A DNA stretch of 64,000 bases from a phage. Below the pieces are notes generated by a model. That model did not search any database, was not told the origin of the DNA, and saw only the letters and a program-made list of their open reading frames with translations. This document shows positions 37,135 through 47,492 of the stretch, piece after piece; the first letter of the stretch is position 1; each line of letters starts with the position of its first letter. The position numbers were made by a program, and so were the translations under genes. The DNA lies in sequence record PX068454.1. One strand, written 5' to 3'.

Positions 37135-39732
37135 TTAAAGGTACAATCCACGGTATTGAGCATAAAGGCCCAGACCGCGAAGGATTTCGCCAGAGTGATA
37201 GCCAACCGGATCAGAAACTGCCCAGCAGCCGTTTAAAATATTATCCCCATTAATGAAGTGGTGCTTTTGCAGTAGCTTCACACAGGCTTCCACAACAATA
37301 TCTATTTGAGGTATTGTCTCTGAATACCCGCACAGACCTAGCCAGCAGCAACCTGCAAGCCATTCACCTACCACCCACATCCTGTCTCCTCTGTCCTGAT
37401 AAGAATATCCCCCCGAGGTGTTAAAGTCTGTAGGCAGATTTCCTGAATGAGATGACTGGAATCTGTTGAGGAACCATGCCCATTTCTGGCAGAACAGGAA
37501 TAGTCTTTCATCAACAGGTTCTTTATGTTTCTTGAGCTCATATATTGTGCGGCACGCAGCAACAAAAGATCTTGACTGGAGCTTAGAGTTATCTACCATC
37601 TCCCACCAACCAGTCAACCCTTCATTACCTCTTTGCCATACATAACGTGAGGCAACTGGACCCTCTGTCTTAAATGTATTATTATACCAGACTTGAGCGT
37701 CATACAGAAAGCCTATTGTATTTGACAATCTATGGCGATCTATGTTTTCTGCACCCATGCAGTAGACTGCTGGGTATTGCATGCCTGGGTAGGGCCAATT
37801 TGGCCTTTCCTCTAAGAGATAGTTTTCCTTATCTATCACCTTTCCGGCAGGGAACACACCTGGTGTGTGCCTGTATGCACCTTGCTTGTAGTTTCTGACA
37901 TAGCAATCGCCAACCTTAGCGGTTGATTCTGTCTTGCTTGCCATCCACACGCTAAACCAGATTAGATAAGCATCCCTATCTGCAATATAGAATTGCGGCA
38001 GCGTGTTGACGCAATACAGATCAAACAAGCCATTACCTATCTGCCTGTCGCTTAGGCTGAAATCTACAGAGGTGAGTCCCTTAGGATTAGCAAAGAAAGG
38101 TTTAATCTCTTCTTCAGTGTGATGAGGTTGTGTCGGATCTAGTTTGAAATCTCCTAGAGTAAGAGTTTCTGTTATCCATTGTCCATTAGTGGCATATAGA
38201 TCAGCATACCATAACCACCTGTCTTTGTCAAGAAATTTGACCCTTACCATCTCATCATCTGATCGATAAGTTACTGAGTTTAAAGAAATCTCTCTTCCAA
38301 AATTGAAAGTTACTTTGCCTCTTGCTATATTACAACGGGTGAAGTTGTCAGAGTGGTTGTAAATGTCAGTATCGTACTGCATACTAACACTGGCACCACC
38401 GCTCACGGCAATATTTTCCTCTTTAGGTAAGAGGTACGGATTACCGTCTTTACCAACTACCTCTACGAAATCAGTAACCTTGGCAACTATTTCTGTTACC
38501 TCTGCCCCTCCAAAAGGAACCCCTATCCTGTACTGTTTTTTGTTATTGTTGCCATCATTAAGGATGAAATGTGGCTGGAACAGAACCCCTTCTCCTCCGA
38601 AATTCATAACAATTTCAGCATCTCTGCCTATTTTATATGTAGTCCCTTTTTGAATTATTTCGCAAGGCTGGCGTGCGTTCATCCTAAAATTGATATACCC
38701 GTCACTGTCCCTACTCATGACAGGAACTGTTCCTGCAACAAGACAAGTACCATCTGTGAACGGTGCCTTAATCAACGTGGTCTTTCTAAACAGTTTGTCG
38801 TAGGCGTTTATGTCACTGAAATTAAGCAACTTGTTGTAAGACTGTTTAAACGCGGTGTAATACTTTTCTTCACCTGTCAAGGTGTAGAGTTGATAACAAG
38901 CGTCACACCACATTTCTTCCCCGTCCAACTCTGGGGCCTGATTATCTGCAACCACGTTTATAGGATTTACAATTACAGGGGATCCAGCAGGTATCACCGA
39001 TCCACCCTGCTCTTGAGGTAATCTCACACAATAGGTTACCTTGTGGCTGCCTGTAACACCCTTATCTTGTAATTGGATTGTGCCGAACTCTATAGACGTA
39101 TGCCCACTGTCGGCTATGCTCCCGTTAGCCCAATAGCGGTTACCATCCCATGCTATGTACCACTCAACCCACCAACTTAATCCGGATGTTGTCCAATCTG
39201 GGTTAGCATCTGTGCCACCGTAAACATCAGAGTCTACAGTGTTTCTTCCTAACACACCGTTATACGCTTGGAATGCCTTGTCCAGGTATTCCCCCCATGT
39301 CGGAGCTCCCGCTGGGATTTTTCCTCTACCGTTGGTAAAAGACACCACCACATCTTTAAACCCACCGTGTGATGGAACCCCATCTGTGGATAGAGGGTAG
39401 TGGGACAATCTTTGCATTTTACTTTCTACGGCATATGCACCCAGAAGATGACTATTGTAAGCTTCCCAAGCATCTTTTGCCCTATCCAGATAGAAATCGC
39501 TTTTCGATGCCCTGTATGCTTCAATGTATCCCAGAATCAACACAGCTTGGGACTCATGCATTGCCCAATCGTTATTTATCTTATTACCTGCCCACCCTGC
39601 AGCTATAAGACCATCAGGGTTTACTAGCTTATTTTGTGTAGGTGTGTTGGTAATACCTGTGTTGTTATCGAGGCACTTCCTGTGCCCCTCAATCATCTGA
39701 AATACGTTATCAATGTTGTGTTGAATACGCAT
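37135..39732 (-). CDS. tail-associated protein, candidate polysaccharide-degrading (alpha/alpha-toroid-like) enzyme
   Basis: 865 aa; helical N-terminal region; own SD AGGAG; follows anchor-domain gene by 1 nt; enzymatic assignment is tentative. Confidence 0.6.
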   Translation of the reverse strand: MRIQHNIDNVFQMIEGHRKCLDNNTGITNTPTQNKLVNPDGLIAAGWAGNKINNDWAMHESQAVLILGYIEAYRASKSDFYLDRAKDAWEAYNSHLLGAYAVESKMQRLSHYPLSTDGVPSHGGFKDVVVSFTNGRGKIPAGAPTWGEYLDKAFQAYNGVLGRNTVDSDVYGGTDANPDWTTSGLSWWVEWYIAWDGNRYWANGSIADSGHTSIEFGTIQLQDKGVTGSHKVTYCVRLPQEQGGSVIPAGSPVIVNPINVVADNQAPELDGEEMWCDACYQLYTLTGEEKYYTAFKQSYNKLLNFSDINAYDKLFRKTTLIKAPFTDGTCLVAGTVPVMSRDSDGYINFRMNARQPCEIIQKGTTYKIGRDAEIVMNFGGEGVLFQPHFILNDGNNNKKQYRIGVPFGGAEVTEIVAKVTDFVEVVGKDGNPYLLPKEENIAVSGGASVSMQYDTDIYNHSDNFTRCNIARGKVTFNFGREISLNSVTYRSDDEMVRVKFLDKDRWLWYADLYATNGQWITETLTLGDFKLDPTQPHHTEEEIKPFFANPKGLTSVDFSLSDRQIGNGLFDLYCVNTLPQFYIADRDAYLIWFSVWMASKTESTAKVGDCYVRNYKQGAYRHTPGVFPAGKVIDKENYLLEERPNWPYPGMQYPAVYCMGAENIDRHRLSNTIGFLYDAQVWYNNTFKTEGPVASRYVWQRGNEGLTGWWEMVDNSKLQSRSFVAACRTIYELKKHKEPVDERLFLFCQKWAWFLNRFQSSHSGNLPTDFNTSGGYSYQDRGDRMWVVGEWLAGCCWLGLCGYSETIPQIDIVVEACVKLLQKHHFINGDNILNGCWAVSDPVGYHSGEILRGLGLYAQYRGLYL

Positions 39733-39733
39733 C

Positions 39734-40402
39734 TTAGATAGCTCCTGCGATAATCAGTGCCCCGTACCAAGTTAACCCGTTGTCGTAGGTTTCCAACTTG
39801 AAAATGTCTGTTGCACCAGCTGTAAATGTTAGGATAGGATCTCTTCCGTAGGACCATTTAACATTACCAGGCCAATAGACTTTGTTGCCGCCAGAGGTCT
39901 GAGTAATGCATACGGTTATAGTTCTCGCCACCCCTTCAAGACCTTCTGTTTGATTTTCAAAAGAGATTGTGGTATTTGAAGTTAGTCGAACCTTAAAGGT
40001 ATCCGCAACTTCAAGATCCATATCAAGCTGACCACCGATAGATCCGTAATCAACTATTCTGCCAGAAGAAGTTGCAGCAAGCTCACCAAAAACAGACCAG
40101 GCGTTTGCAGACACACCCCCAGCACCCTCTACAGTGGAGTCTGGGAGGATTATTTTAGGATAATCCCCGTTCCACGTGTAGTAGCGCTTAGTTTCTGGAT
40201 CATAAGCAAAGTCCTTCTTGCTCTTAAGATAACCACCCTCTGTGAAATAGACTATCTTAGTAATGCTAAGATCGTTGACAACATCGTCAATCTTAGCCTT
40301 TCTTGTCCCATCAGTCTGGTTGACAACCAAGAAGTCATCACTCAGGACTGTTTCTGCATCTTCAAGATCTGGAATTGGTATTGTAGGATAAGCTACAGCC
40401 AT
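39734..40402 (-). CDS. fibre N-terminal anchor-domain protein
   Basis: 222 aa; N-terminus (DDFLVVNQTDGTRKAKIDDVV...FTEGG...DFAY) aligns with N-terminus of the 1266-aa fibre. Confidence 0.6.
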   Translation of the reverse strand: MAVAYPTIPIPDLEDAETVLSDDFLVVNQTDGTRKAKIDDVVNDLSITKIVYFTEGGYLKSKKDFAYDPETKRYYTWNGDYPKIILPDSTVEGAGGVSANAWSVFGELAATSSGRIVDYGSIGGQLDMDLEVADTFKVRLTSNTTISFENQTEGLEGVARTITVCITQTSGGNKVYWPGNVKWSYGRDPILTFTAGATDIFKLETYDNGLTWYGALIIAGAI

Positions 40403-40411
40403 GATTTCTCC

Positions 40412-41128
40412 TTAGTTAACATCAATAGCACGACCAGACTGGTTGGCAATAGCCTCATCATTGGAGGTAGCAATAACACCAGAGTATTCGCGCTCATCTG
40501 GAGCAAGAGTCCAGGTATTGCGGTTAATGGTTTGTTCTGCATCGGTCATCAGCAGATCTTTATCCTGAGTCAACAGAGAGCCTACAGGGATAGGGTTTTC
40601 CATCTCAGGACCAGCATACTGGTTCCACCATGTGGCATCTCCGGTTCTAGGCAATCTGAAGTTGATCAGGTAGTACAGTTTATTGGCCCACTTAATCCAA
40701 CCTTCATCATCACAGAGAGAGGTTGTCCCAGAATCAGGCTGTGGGTAGGTAAACTGATCAAGACCTACGAAAGCCAGCCTTACAATCTCGTTCTCTTTGG
40801 TAACAACCTCAAAGAACGCTTGGTATGTTCTCGATCTTCGATCCATGGTAGACTGGAAGTTTACGATGTTTAGCACATCCGGCTCTTGTCTTGCCACTTC
40901 CATAATCTTGTTATCAAGAACAGTCTTCATGACCTTCTTACTGAGAAAGTCCATATAAGGGAAGCCAAACAACTCGTCAAAGTACCAGCTCCCCTTCCAC
41001 GTATTAAACCTCATCCACAAGCGCTGGCGCAGACTTACCTGGTTTGAATCTATCAACTCAAGACCTTTGTCTATCGCCAAATCGCCTGTCTGTGGGTCCA
41101 TCAATATATCACTATAAAGCGTAGCCAT
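40412..41128 (-). CDS. baseplate protein
   Basis: 238-aa ORF in baseplate block; position-based. Confidence 0.5.
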   Translation of the reverse strand: MATLYSDILMDPQTGDLAIDKGLELIDSNQVSLRQRLWMRFNTWKGSWYFDELFGFPYMDFLSKKVMKTVLDNKIMEVARQEPDVLNIVNFQSTMDRRSRTYQAFFEVVTKENEIVRLAFVGLDQFTYPQPDSGTTSLCDDEGWIKWANKLYYLINFRLPRTGDATWWNQYAGPEMENPIPVGSLLTQDKDLLMTDAEQTINRNTWTLAPDEREYSGVIATSNDEAIANQSGRAIDVN

Positions 41129-41140
41129 GAAAGCCCTCTA

Positions 41141-41818
41141 TTAGTGCGGTCCACTTGTCTCGCCATCAGGGCAAGAGTGGGTATGACCTTTATATTCTGC
41201 ATAGAATGAATCCAAATCCACACCAGCAGCAGTTATAATTCTACCAGATGGGTCTATTGTGGCACCATTCATTCTGATATTTCCATCCACAGCAGCTCGC
41301 AAATTGGCAGCACCGTTAGTGAAAGAAAACTCCCCGCTGCTGTCGCACCGTAATGTCCCACCCGGTGTTTGAAGCTCAAAATCTCCAGAAGGTGTCAGTT
41401 TAAAATAGACCTTATCATTCCATAACTCTACGTTATCAGGATCGATCTGTAAAGCGTTTGAGTCTGAATGAACAGAGGTTATTGCCCACCCCGGAAACAG
41501 ACCGTGAGTTTGTTGATCGTCGTTATTGTTTTCATTTCTCTCTGAAAACTGCAATCCTACAACATCTCCAGCCTTAATAGGGAGTGTTAACCTTGCCTTT
41601 CCGCTGTTTGCAGACATCACCTGAATTGGAACGTCATAGATAAGAGGGTATCTCTCTACATCCCCGTCATCAAACGTGGTTTCAGCAATTGGCTGCACGG
41701 CTGCAGAAGGGATACTGTAGTCTACACTGACAACTCTGGCCCTGATACTGGTGTGATAGTCCCTCATTATTTTTTCTATGAAGGATCTTACAGCAGCATC
41801 TTTCCTATTTATTGCCAT
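41141..41818 (-). CDS. baseplate spike protein (P2 gpV / Mu gp45-like)
   Basis: 225 aa; C-terminal KGHTHSCPDGETSGP resembles the HTH...PGG.T..P tip motif. Confidence 0.55.
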   Translation of the reverse strand: MAINRKDAAVRSFIEKIMRDYHTSIRARVVSVDYSIPSAAVQPIAETTFDDGDVERYPLIYDVPIQVMSANSGKARLTLPIKAGDVVGLQFSERNENNNDDQQTHGLFPGWAITSVHSDSNALQIDPDNVELWNDKVYFKLTPSGDFELQTPGGTLRCDSSGEFSFTNGAANLRAAVDGNIRMNGATIDPSGRIITAAGVDLDSFYAEYKGHTHSCPDGETSGPH

Positions 41819-42822
41819 TATACCTCCTCAGTTTTGTCAACAACTCCACCCACTGTTTCCCCAAGGCCAAGCTCTGTAGTGTAATCACCTCCTTCTATGG
41901 TGCCCTTATGATGCACCGTGATCACCTTATAGAATCCTGTATATTGCTTGCTTTTAAGATAAATAGTGGACTCTGGGAGGATAGCTCCGTTAAGGCATGT
42001 GGTTACAGTAAGGCCAACATCCTCTCTCGGGTTTTTCTTTTTCTTTTTAGATGTCGAACCACCTTTGGCAGCAGCTTTAGCTTTTCGTTTTTTAGCAGGT
42101 TCTGGATTTTTAGGGGTAGGAGATCCATGCATCCCAGACTCTGCACTTATTTCAAACACAGAGTCCTTGAACCTTTTTCCAACCTTGGTCCAATATAAAG
42201 CTCCGTCCTGAACGCTAAATGTGGAGTTGGTCAGCCTTGCAAACCTGCGGAGGTTCTCTGCAGTGTTTCCGGAGAAAGCCATAGAGTATTGCAAAGTCTG
42301 GTTTCCAAAACCAACAACCCTACCTTTTGGCAAGTTCATATCCTTCAGTAGGTCATTAAGCACAGAGTTCAGAGGTGTGCCTTTCTGATAAGATCTTGTG
42401 CTTTGGCACTTAATGATGTTCTCAGTGCCATCCCCAAAGATGAACTTAGTTTTTCTGGTCGGACCTTCCCATCTGTCTTCAACAAACTCCACAGTTCCGG
42501 AGAATATCAACTGGTTCTCATTATCATAGCCAGCTTCAAACATAACTGCAAGGGCATCAGCCTGATGCATATCCAAATAGTTAACTGTATCGTCAGACAG
42601 GTTGTAAACTGTCACATAACCTTTGTTTGGCTCTTTGGTATTGTCCTTTTGTATGTCAAACTCTATATTGGCAGCACCAGTGTCCGAGCTAACTTCATAA
42701 ACTCCGGAATCACTCTCCCCTTTCTTTTCAACAGATTTTGGGATATTGGTTTTTGATTTGCCGCCATGTTCTACAGGACGACCAAACAATAATCGCCATG
42801 TTCTACGTCTGTACTCTGCCAT
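41818..42822 (-). CDS. tail/baseplate protein with Lys-rich linker
   Basis: 334-aa ORF, overlapping junctions. Confidence 0.55.
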   Translation of the reverse strand: MAEYRRRTWRLLFGRPVEHGGKSKTNIPKSVEKKGESDSGVYEVSSDTGAANIEFDIQKDNTKEPNKGYVTVYNLSDDTVNYLDMHQADALAVMFEAGYDNENQLIFSGTVEFVEDRWEGPTRKTKFIFGDGTENIIKCQSTRSYQKGTPLNSVLNDLLKDMNLPKGRVVGFGNQTLQYSMAFSGNTAENLRRFARLTNSTFSVQDGALYWTKVGKRFKDSVFEISAESGMHGSPTPKNPEPAKKRKAKAAAKGGSTSKKKKKNPREDVGLTVTTCLNGAILPESTIYLKSKQYTGFYKVITVHHKGTIEGGDYTTELGLGETVGGVVDKTEEV

Positions 42823-43202
42823 TATTCTAACCCTTGCTGTTCCTTGTAAAGATCAACCGGGGTGCCGTATACAAGTTGTAGCTCAGATCTTGCCCCAAGG
42901 TTATATCTTCCAACCCTGCCCCAATATTGATCGTCTTTAAACGACAGCGCCATCAGTCTACCTTTCGGTAAATCATCTCTGTAATGCAGTCCGTCTAAAA
43001 TATCTTGACAAGCTGTTACTTTTCTGGTTACTAAAGGGCTATCACCTACTGGACCAAGAGATAACCACCAGGACTCATCCCTCTCATTCCATTGCATACG
43101 CATTTCATACGTTTCATTGTCTAAAACAACACGCATGGTTTGATCAGGAAAGCCGTCAATGTCCCACACAAAGGTGATTATGCACCAATCTTTAAGCTCC
43201 AT
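42822..43202 (-). CDS. tail protein
   Basis: 126-aa ORF. Confidence 0.5.
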   Translation of the reverse strand: MELKDWCIITFVWDIDGFPDQTMRVVLDNETYEMRMQWNERDESWWLSLGPVGDSPLVTRKVTACQDILDGLHYRDDLPKGRLMALSFKDDQYWGRVGRYNLGARSELQLVYGTPVDLYKEQQGLE

Positions 43203-43214
43203 TATACGCTCCCC

Positions 43215-44099
43215 TTATTTCCCGTTAACTTTGTTGTAGTTTCCCTGCTCAGATGGGACTATGGTAGAAGGTCTTCCATATTCCTGATAATACCAATCCG
43301 CAGCCGATTGGGTAACACCGTTTTCATCTGTCCACATCATAGATTTGTATGGCTGCCACTCCTCTGCAGCGTTTGTGGATGCAGTGTCTGCGAATGCTCC
43401 TGTGTCCCTCTTGTTACCTACGTTACTACCATTCTTACAGTCGTTGACAGCGCCTTTTTGTTGGGTCTTGCCTACTTTCTTAGGATTGCTGTATACAGTT
43501 GCATTAACAACCTTATTCAAGTAGAATGTGCGGAACTCTGTAAGTTCTACATCAAACACCATTGCAGCGCCTTCACCAACAGACTTGTTGGCAGAAAGAC
43601 TGGTTATGATGTAGTTCTCAAGAAGTCTCTCCTCGGTAACCAAAGAAACCAACTGGCGCTTATTAATGATCTCAGTCAAAGCCTCCAGTGCAGCGCCCGG
43701 TCGCATAGATGCTGCAGGGTTTTTAGAGTCAGTATTCCTGTCAATGTAGTTTTGCTCATAGATTATATGTGGTGATGTATTTACCCTACCAGTAAAAGAA
43801 AATACACCATCTTTAATTACAGCGTGGTCTGACAGGGTAGATTTATCTTCCACCGCAAACCCAGTCTTATCAACAGAATGTTTGAAAGAGTAATTCTCAA
43901 CCTGATCGAAGATAATGGCAAGATCGTTAGTAAAGTTTTTACCCTTCATCTCCGTATTGCGACCACCATAGTTAAGACCGCTGACAAACATAGTATACTT
44001 TACATCGCTTTCAGTTTGCTGCTCTGCCTTTTCAGCCTTTGGAGATTTAACCTCTTGAGGCTTGTACAGGTCTTTTTCATCAACTATATTGCTTGGCAT
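43215..44099 (-). CDS. tail protein
   Basis: 294-aa ORF directly downstream of tape-measure terminator. Confidence 0.55.
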   Translation of the reverse strand: MPSNIVDEKDLYKPQEVKSPKAEKAEQQTESDVKYTMFVSGLNYGGRNTEMKGKNFTNDLAIIFDQVENYSFKHSVDKTGFAVEDKSTLSDHAVIKDGVFSFTGRVNTSPHIIYEQNYIDRNTDSKNPAASMRPGAALEALTEIINKRQLVSLVTEERLLENYIITSLSANKSVGEGAAMVFDVELTEFRTFYLNKVVNATVYSNPKKVGKTQQKGAVNDCKNGSNVGNKRDTGAFADTASTNAAEEWQPYKSMMWTDENGVTQSAADWYYQEYGRPSTIVPSEQGNYNKVNGK

Positions 44100-44164
44100 A
44101 ACCTCTCCAGGACACTCCTATACCATCTAGATATTGTATCATAAAATAGCCGTTTTTACAACAC

Positions 44165-44192
44165 CGATAAAATAAAGGGGGCCGGAGCCCCC
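44165..44192 (-). terminator. rho-independent terminator
   Basis: GGGGGC(CGGA)GCCCCC hairpin then TTTATTTTAT on minus strand. Confidence 0.55.
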
Positions 44193-44203
44193 TGCACAGT
44201 TTA

Positions 44204-46540
44204 TTACCAAAGGTCGGTAGACATGAAGTTGATATCTTTATTGTTCTCCCACTCAAGTTTTGCATCAAATATTTTGTTAAACTCGCCCTCATCTATTGAA
44301 ATCGTGATTTTCCCATCACTGATCTCTAAAGGTAGCATTTCCATAGTTCTTAATTGAGAAGCAAAACCAGAGCCACCCGGCAACGGAAGAGTCCCGCCCG
44401 GTAAGGTGTCCAAAGGATTAACAAACCCGTTACCTCCCGATATGATATCTTTGCGAATCATATCGCTGATAGTATCCAGCTGCTGATTTCTTTCACTTAG
44501 TGGGTTGTAACGGTCATTAAATAATTCCCCGGCGCTTAGTATTGTACCGATAATGCCCAGCTTACCGAGCAGACCAACTTTGCCACCAGGTGTCTTGAGG
44601 CCACCCCCACCTTTTCCTGCCGGAGCTCCACCACCAGATCCTTCTGTAGTAGCGGCACCCGCTGCTCCAGCTGCACCCCTTAGAGAGTTAAGGAATTTAA
44701 AGGTTTTTACAAGCATGGATGCCATGACAAAACCTTTTGTTAGGGCATTGACTACCAGTATGATGGCAGCAGCAAACCCTGCCCATTTAGCATAGCTAAA
44801 GGTGTCATGAAGCTCTTCAGAATATTCCTTCGTCTTAGCTGTTATGAATCCCCATTTAATCCCCCATTCAAGGAAAAACATGCGGATCTTGACTATGGTG
44901 TTGTTTAGCTCACCAACTACCCAGTTAAGGCCTCTCACAAACCCGCTAACAAAATCACCAGAGGCATCCCACACAAATTGCAGAGTCTCACCAGTGCGGA
45001 TTAGTGTATAATAGAACTCTGTTAGTTCGTCGGACCAACGGGTGAACAGTTTCTGACGAGTCAGTTCGATGAAGGTTTTCAGTCTGTTTTCTGCCAGCAC
45101 GTTAGACTTCTGCATTCTTTCATAACCAGCTGCAGATGCCTCGTTCATGTACTTAGCCACATACTTCATGATCTTGGCTGTTTTAACCTCACCTTTCTTC
45201 ATCATGTCCATGAACTGATCCATGGAGAGTTCAGAAAGACCAAAAGCCTCTTTGGTGGCCTTGATAAAAGGTTCGTATGCACCGGGCAATGCTTCAGCAA
45301 GTTGTTGCTTCAGTTCTTCGGACATTACTTGTCCCTTGCCAAGCATCTGTTGGATAGCCATAATACCGCGCTGGTATTTTACCTCATCGGCACCATAAGC
45401 AGCAGCATACTGTGAGTATGCAGAAAACAGCTCATGCACTTCCTGATTTGTCATCTGGTTTTTGGCGTTTACCGACATCTGGGCGTAACCTTGAAGACCA
45501 GATTTGAGATCAAAACCAAGACGCATAGCCTCTTGCTGGACAAACGCAACCTCACTGTTGGCTTTGTTTGGATCTCCAGTAACAGCAGTAAGAGCAGCAC
45601 TTGCCCCCTCCATCATGTGACCGGATCTGTTAACCGCAGCAAATCCAGAAAAAGCCGTATACGCAGCTGTTGCATTAATAACAGATCTACGTAAGTCTCT
45701 CATGGCATCGCCTAGTGTAAGCGTTTGGCTGGTGGCGCTTTTAAACCCAGACTGCAGCGCTGACAGGTGGGCGTTAAAGGTTGACTTCTTCATCTCCCCG
45801 CGAGCAAACCTGGACTCTAACTCTGAGTATCCTGGCAAGCTTCCACGGAATCCGGCCCCATACTTGGCAGAAAGTCTTATCGCGGAGTTGTAGAGGTGGG
45901 TTCTCCTTGCCTCACGATCCGACATAAGCTTATTATCCATACCAGCTTTACTGTCTCTTCTTAGCTGTCTATGATAACGATTCATAGCGGCTGTCTGAGC
46001 TTTCACAAGGTTAGGGTCGGAAGCCACACCACCCATATTAGGGTTACCGGGGATATACTTGAAAGATTTGGCATTAGCCAAAACTCTTGCCTTAGGTGCC
46101 TTATAACCACCGTAAGACACTGGTGCAGATTTGGCAGCCTTTTTGGCCTCTTTAGCTTGCTGCTGGTAGAACTTACGCATCCTAGCCATTTCTGGATTTT
46201 TAGCGGTAAGATTACCTACAGCTTGTTTACGTCTCGCATTCTCCCTACGTTCTATTGCAGCCCTTACTGCAGCCTCTTTCTTGGCCTGTGCTACGCTCTC
46301 TCTGTGCAGTTTAGCATTTGCCTGAGATTGCTGTCTGGCAACCCGCTGCATTGTCTGCTGGGTTTTAACAGCTACCGCCTGCCATCTGCTCATGGGGTTG
46401 GCTGAGTTAAAATCTTCGCCCAGTTTCCTGAACTCCCTCCCAATACTGCGAATTTTCTCTACAGCTTTTTTGTAGGAGGAGTTCTCTATCTCAAAGCCAA
46501 TCTTGTTGACTGTTGTGGCAACTATTTTGTTTGTAGCCAT
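44204..46540 (-). CDS. tail tape measure protein
   Basis: 778 aa, A/Q/K/R-rich helical, Gly-rich C-terminal segment, downstream of chaperone pair. Confidence 0.7.
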   Translation of the reverse strand: MATNKIVATTVNKIGFEIENSSYKKAVEKIRSIGREFRKLGEDFNSANPMSRWQAVAVKTQQTMQRVARQQSQANAKLHRESVAQAKKEAAVRAAIERRENARRKQAVGNLTAKNPEMARMRKFYQQQAKEAKKAAKSAPVSYGGYKAPKARVLANAKSFKYIPGNPNMGGVASDPNLVKAQTAAMNRYHRQLRRDSKAGMDNKLMSDREARRTHLYNSAIRLSAKYGAGFRGSLPGYSELESRFARGEMKKSTFNAHLSALQSGFKSATSQTLTLGDAMRDLRRSVINATAAYTAFSGFAAVNRSGHMMEGASAALTAVTGDPNKANSEVAFVQQEAMRLGFDLKSGLQGYAQMSVNAKNQMTNQEVHELFSAYSQYAAAYGADEVKYQRGIMAIQQMLGKGQVMSEELKQQLAEALPGAYEPFIKATKEAFGLSELSMDQFMDMMKKGEVKTAKIMKYVAKYMNEASAAGYERMQKSNVLAENRLKTFIELTRQKLFTRWSDELTEFYYTLIRTGETLQFVWDASGDFVSGFVRGLNWVVGELNNTIVKIRMFFLEWGIKWGFITAKTKEYSEELHDTFSYAKWAGFAAAIILVVNALTKGFVMASMLVKTFKFLNSLRGAAGAAGAATTEGSGGGAPAGKGGGGLKTPGGKVGLLGKLGIIGTILSAGELFNDRYNPLSERNQQLDTISDMIRKDIISGGNGFVNPLDTLPGGTLPLPGGSGFASQLRTMEMLPLEISDGKITISIDEGEFNKIFDAKLEWENNKDINFMSTDLW

Positions 46541-46594
46541 GGTTTCCTCATAATAAAAAGGGCCAGATCCCAGAAAAGGAATCCGGCCCTTAGA

Positions 46595-46843
46595 TTATCC
46601 TCTCCTGCGCTTAGCTTTCGCAGCAGCTGCGGCAGCCTTCTGCTCCCGCTCCATTTCCCTGTTTTGGACGGTATCTAGGAATTCTTCGATATCAAGATAC
46701 TCGCAGAGCTTCAGGAAATACGCCATATCTGCAAGATTTAGCGATTCAAAATTTTCCCCTTTGAAATTCTTGAGCACCCTGCACCAAAGAAAGTCGAACC
46801 AGTTGAGTGAACTGTTCTTGGCTGCCCACTCACTGGCCCTCAC
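46595..46843 (-). CDS. tail assembly chaperone, -1 frame extension ORF
   Basis: Frame is -1 relative to 46855..47328 and stays open through the overlap; G/GT-like arrangement. Confidence 0.4.
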   Translation of the reverse strand: MRASEWAAKNSSLNWFDFLWCRVLKNFKGENFESLNLADMAYFLKLCEYLDIEEFLDTVQNREMEREQKAAAAAAKAKRRRG

Positions 46844-46854
46844 AACAACCTTAC

Positions 46855-47328
46855 TTATTCCTGCTCTTCCGGAGTCTGATCCAGGTTGTTCACCTGCTGA
46901 ATCATACCCATCTGCTGTAACATCTCCAGAAGGCTTCCTAAACCGTCTTGTGTGAAAAAACAGCCGTAGTTAACCTCCAGAACCTTACCTGCCAGCTTAA
47001 TCATCTCCAGCAGATGCCCTGCAAACACAACATCCGGGTTAAGCTTATCCACACCATCTACGGTAATATCTTCGAACAAAATTTTAAATAACTCTTCAAT
47101 AGAGTTATCATCAAGTTCTTGGAACAGGTAAGCCAGAGCAGTAGGAAGGACCTCTGCCATGTTTTGACCGCCTGAGATAATAGATCCACCTATAGCACCT
47201 AGCGGGACAGCCACAATCTTACCGATTTTAGGCATGTTTTTCATTGCTTTCATCGGTCCCCAGTGGGTGATCACAAAGTTGTGCCCTGCTAAATCAATCT
47301 CTGTTGTAGGTCTAAAGTTTATAGCCAT
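46855..47328 (-). CDS. tail assembly chaperone
   Basis: 157 aa, acidic C-terminus, between tube and tape measure. Confidence 0.5.
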   Translation of the reverse strand: MAINFRPTTEIDLAGHNFVITHWGPMKAMKNMPKIGKIVAVPLGAIGGSIISGGQNMAEVLPTALAYLFQELDDNSIEELFKILFEDITVDGVDKLNPDVVFAGHLLEMIKLAGKVLEVNYGCFFTQDGLGSLLEMLQQMGMIQQVNNLDQTPEEQE

Positions 47329-47492
47329 TTTATAGCATCCTTATTAGTCATGTTGTGCACCATATTTGTGTATTTTACCATGATTATGGTGCATTGTCAA
47401 TTTAACCTTTCAAGCAATTCAAGAACGTGTGTCAAAACCATAAAAAGCAAAAAAGCCCCACCCGAAGGTGAGGCTTATGCTAAAGTGTGCCC

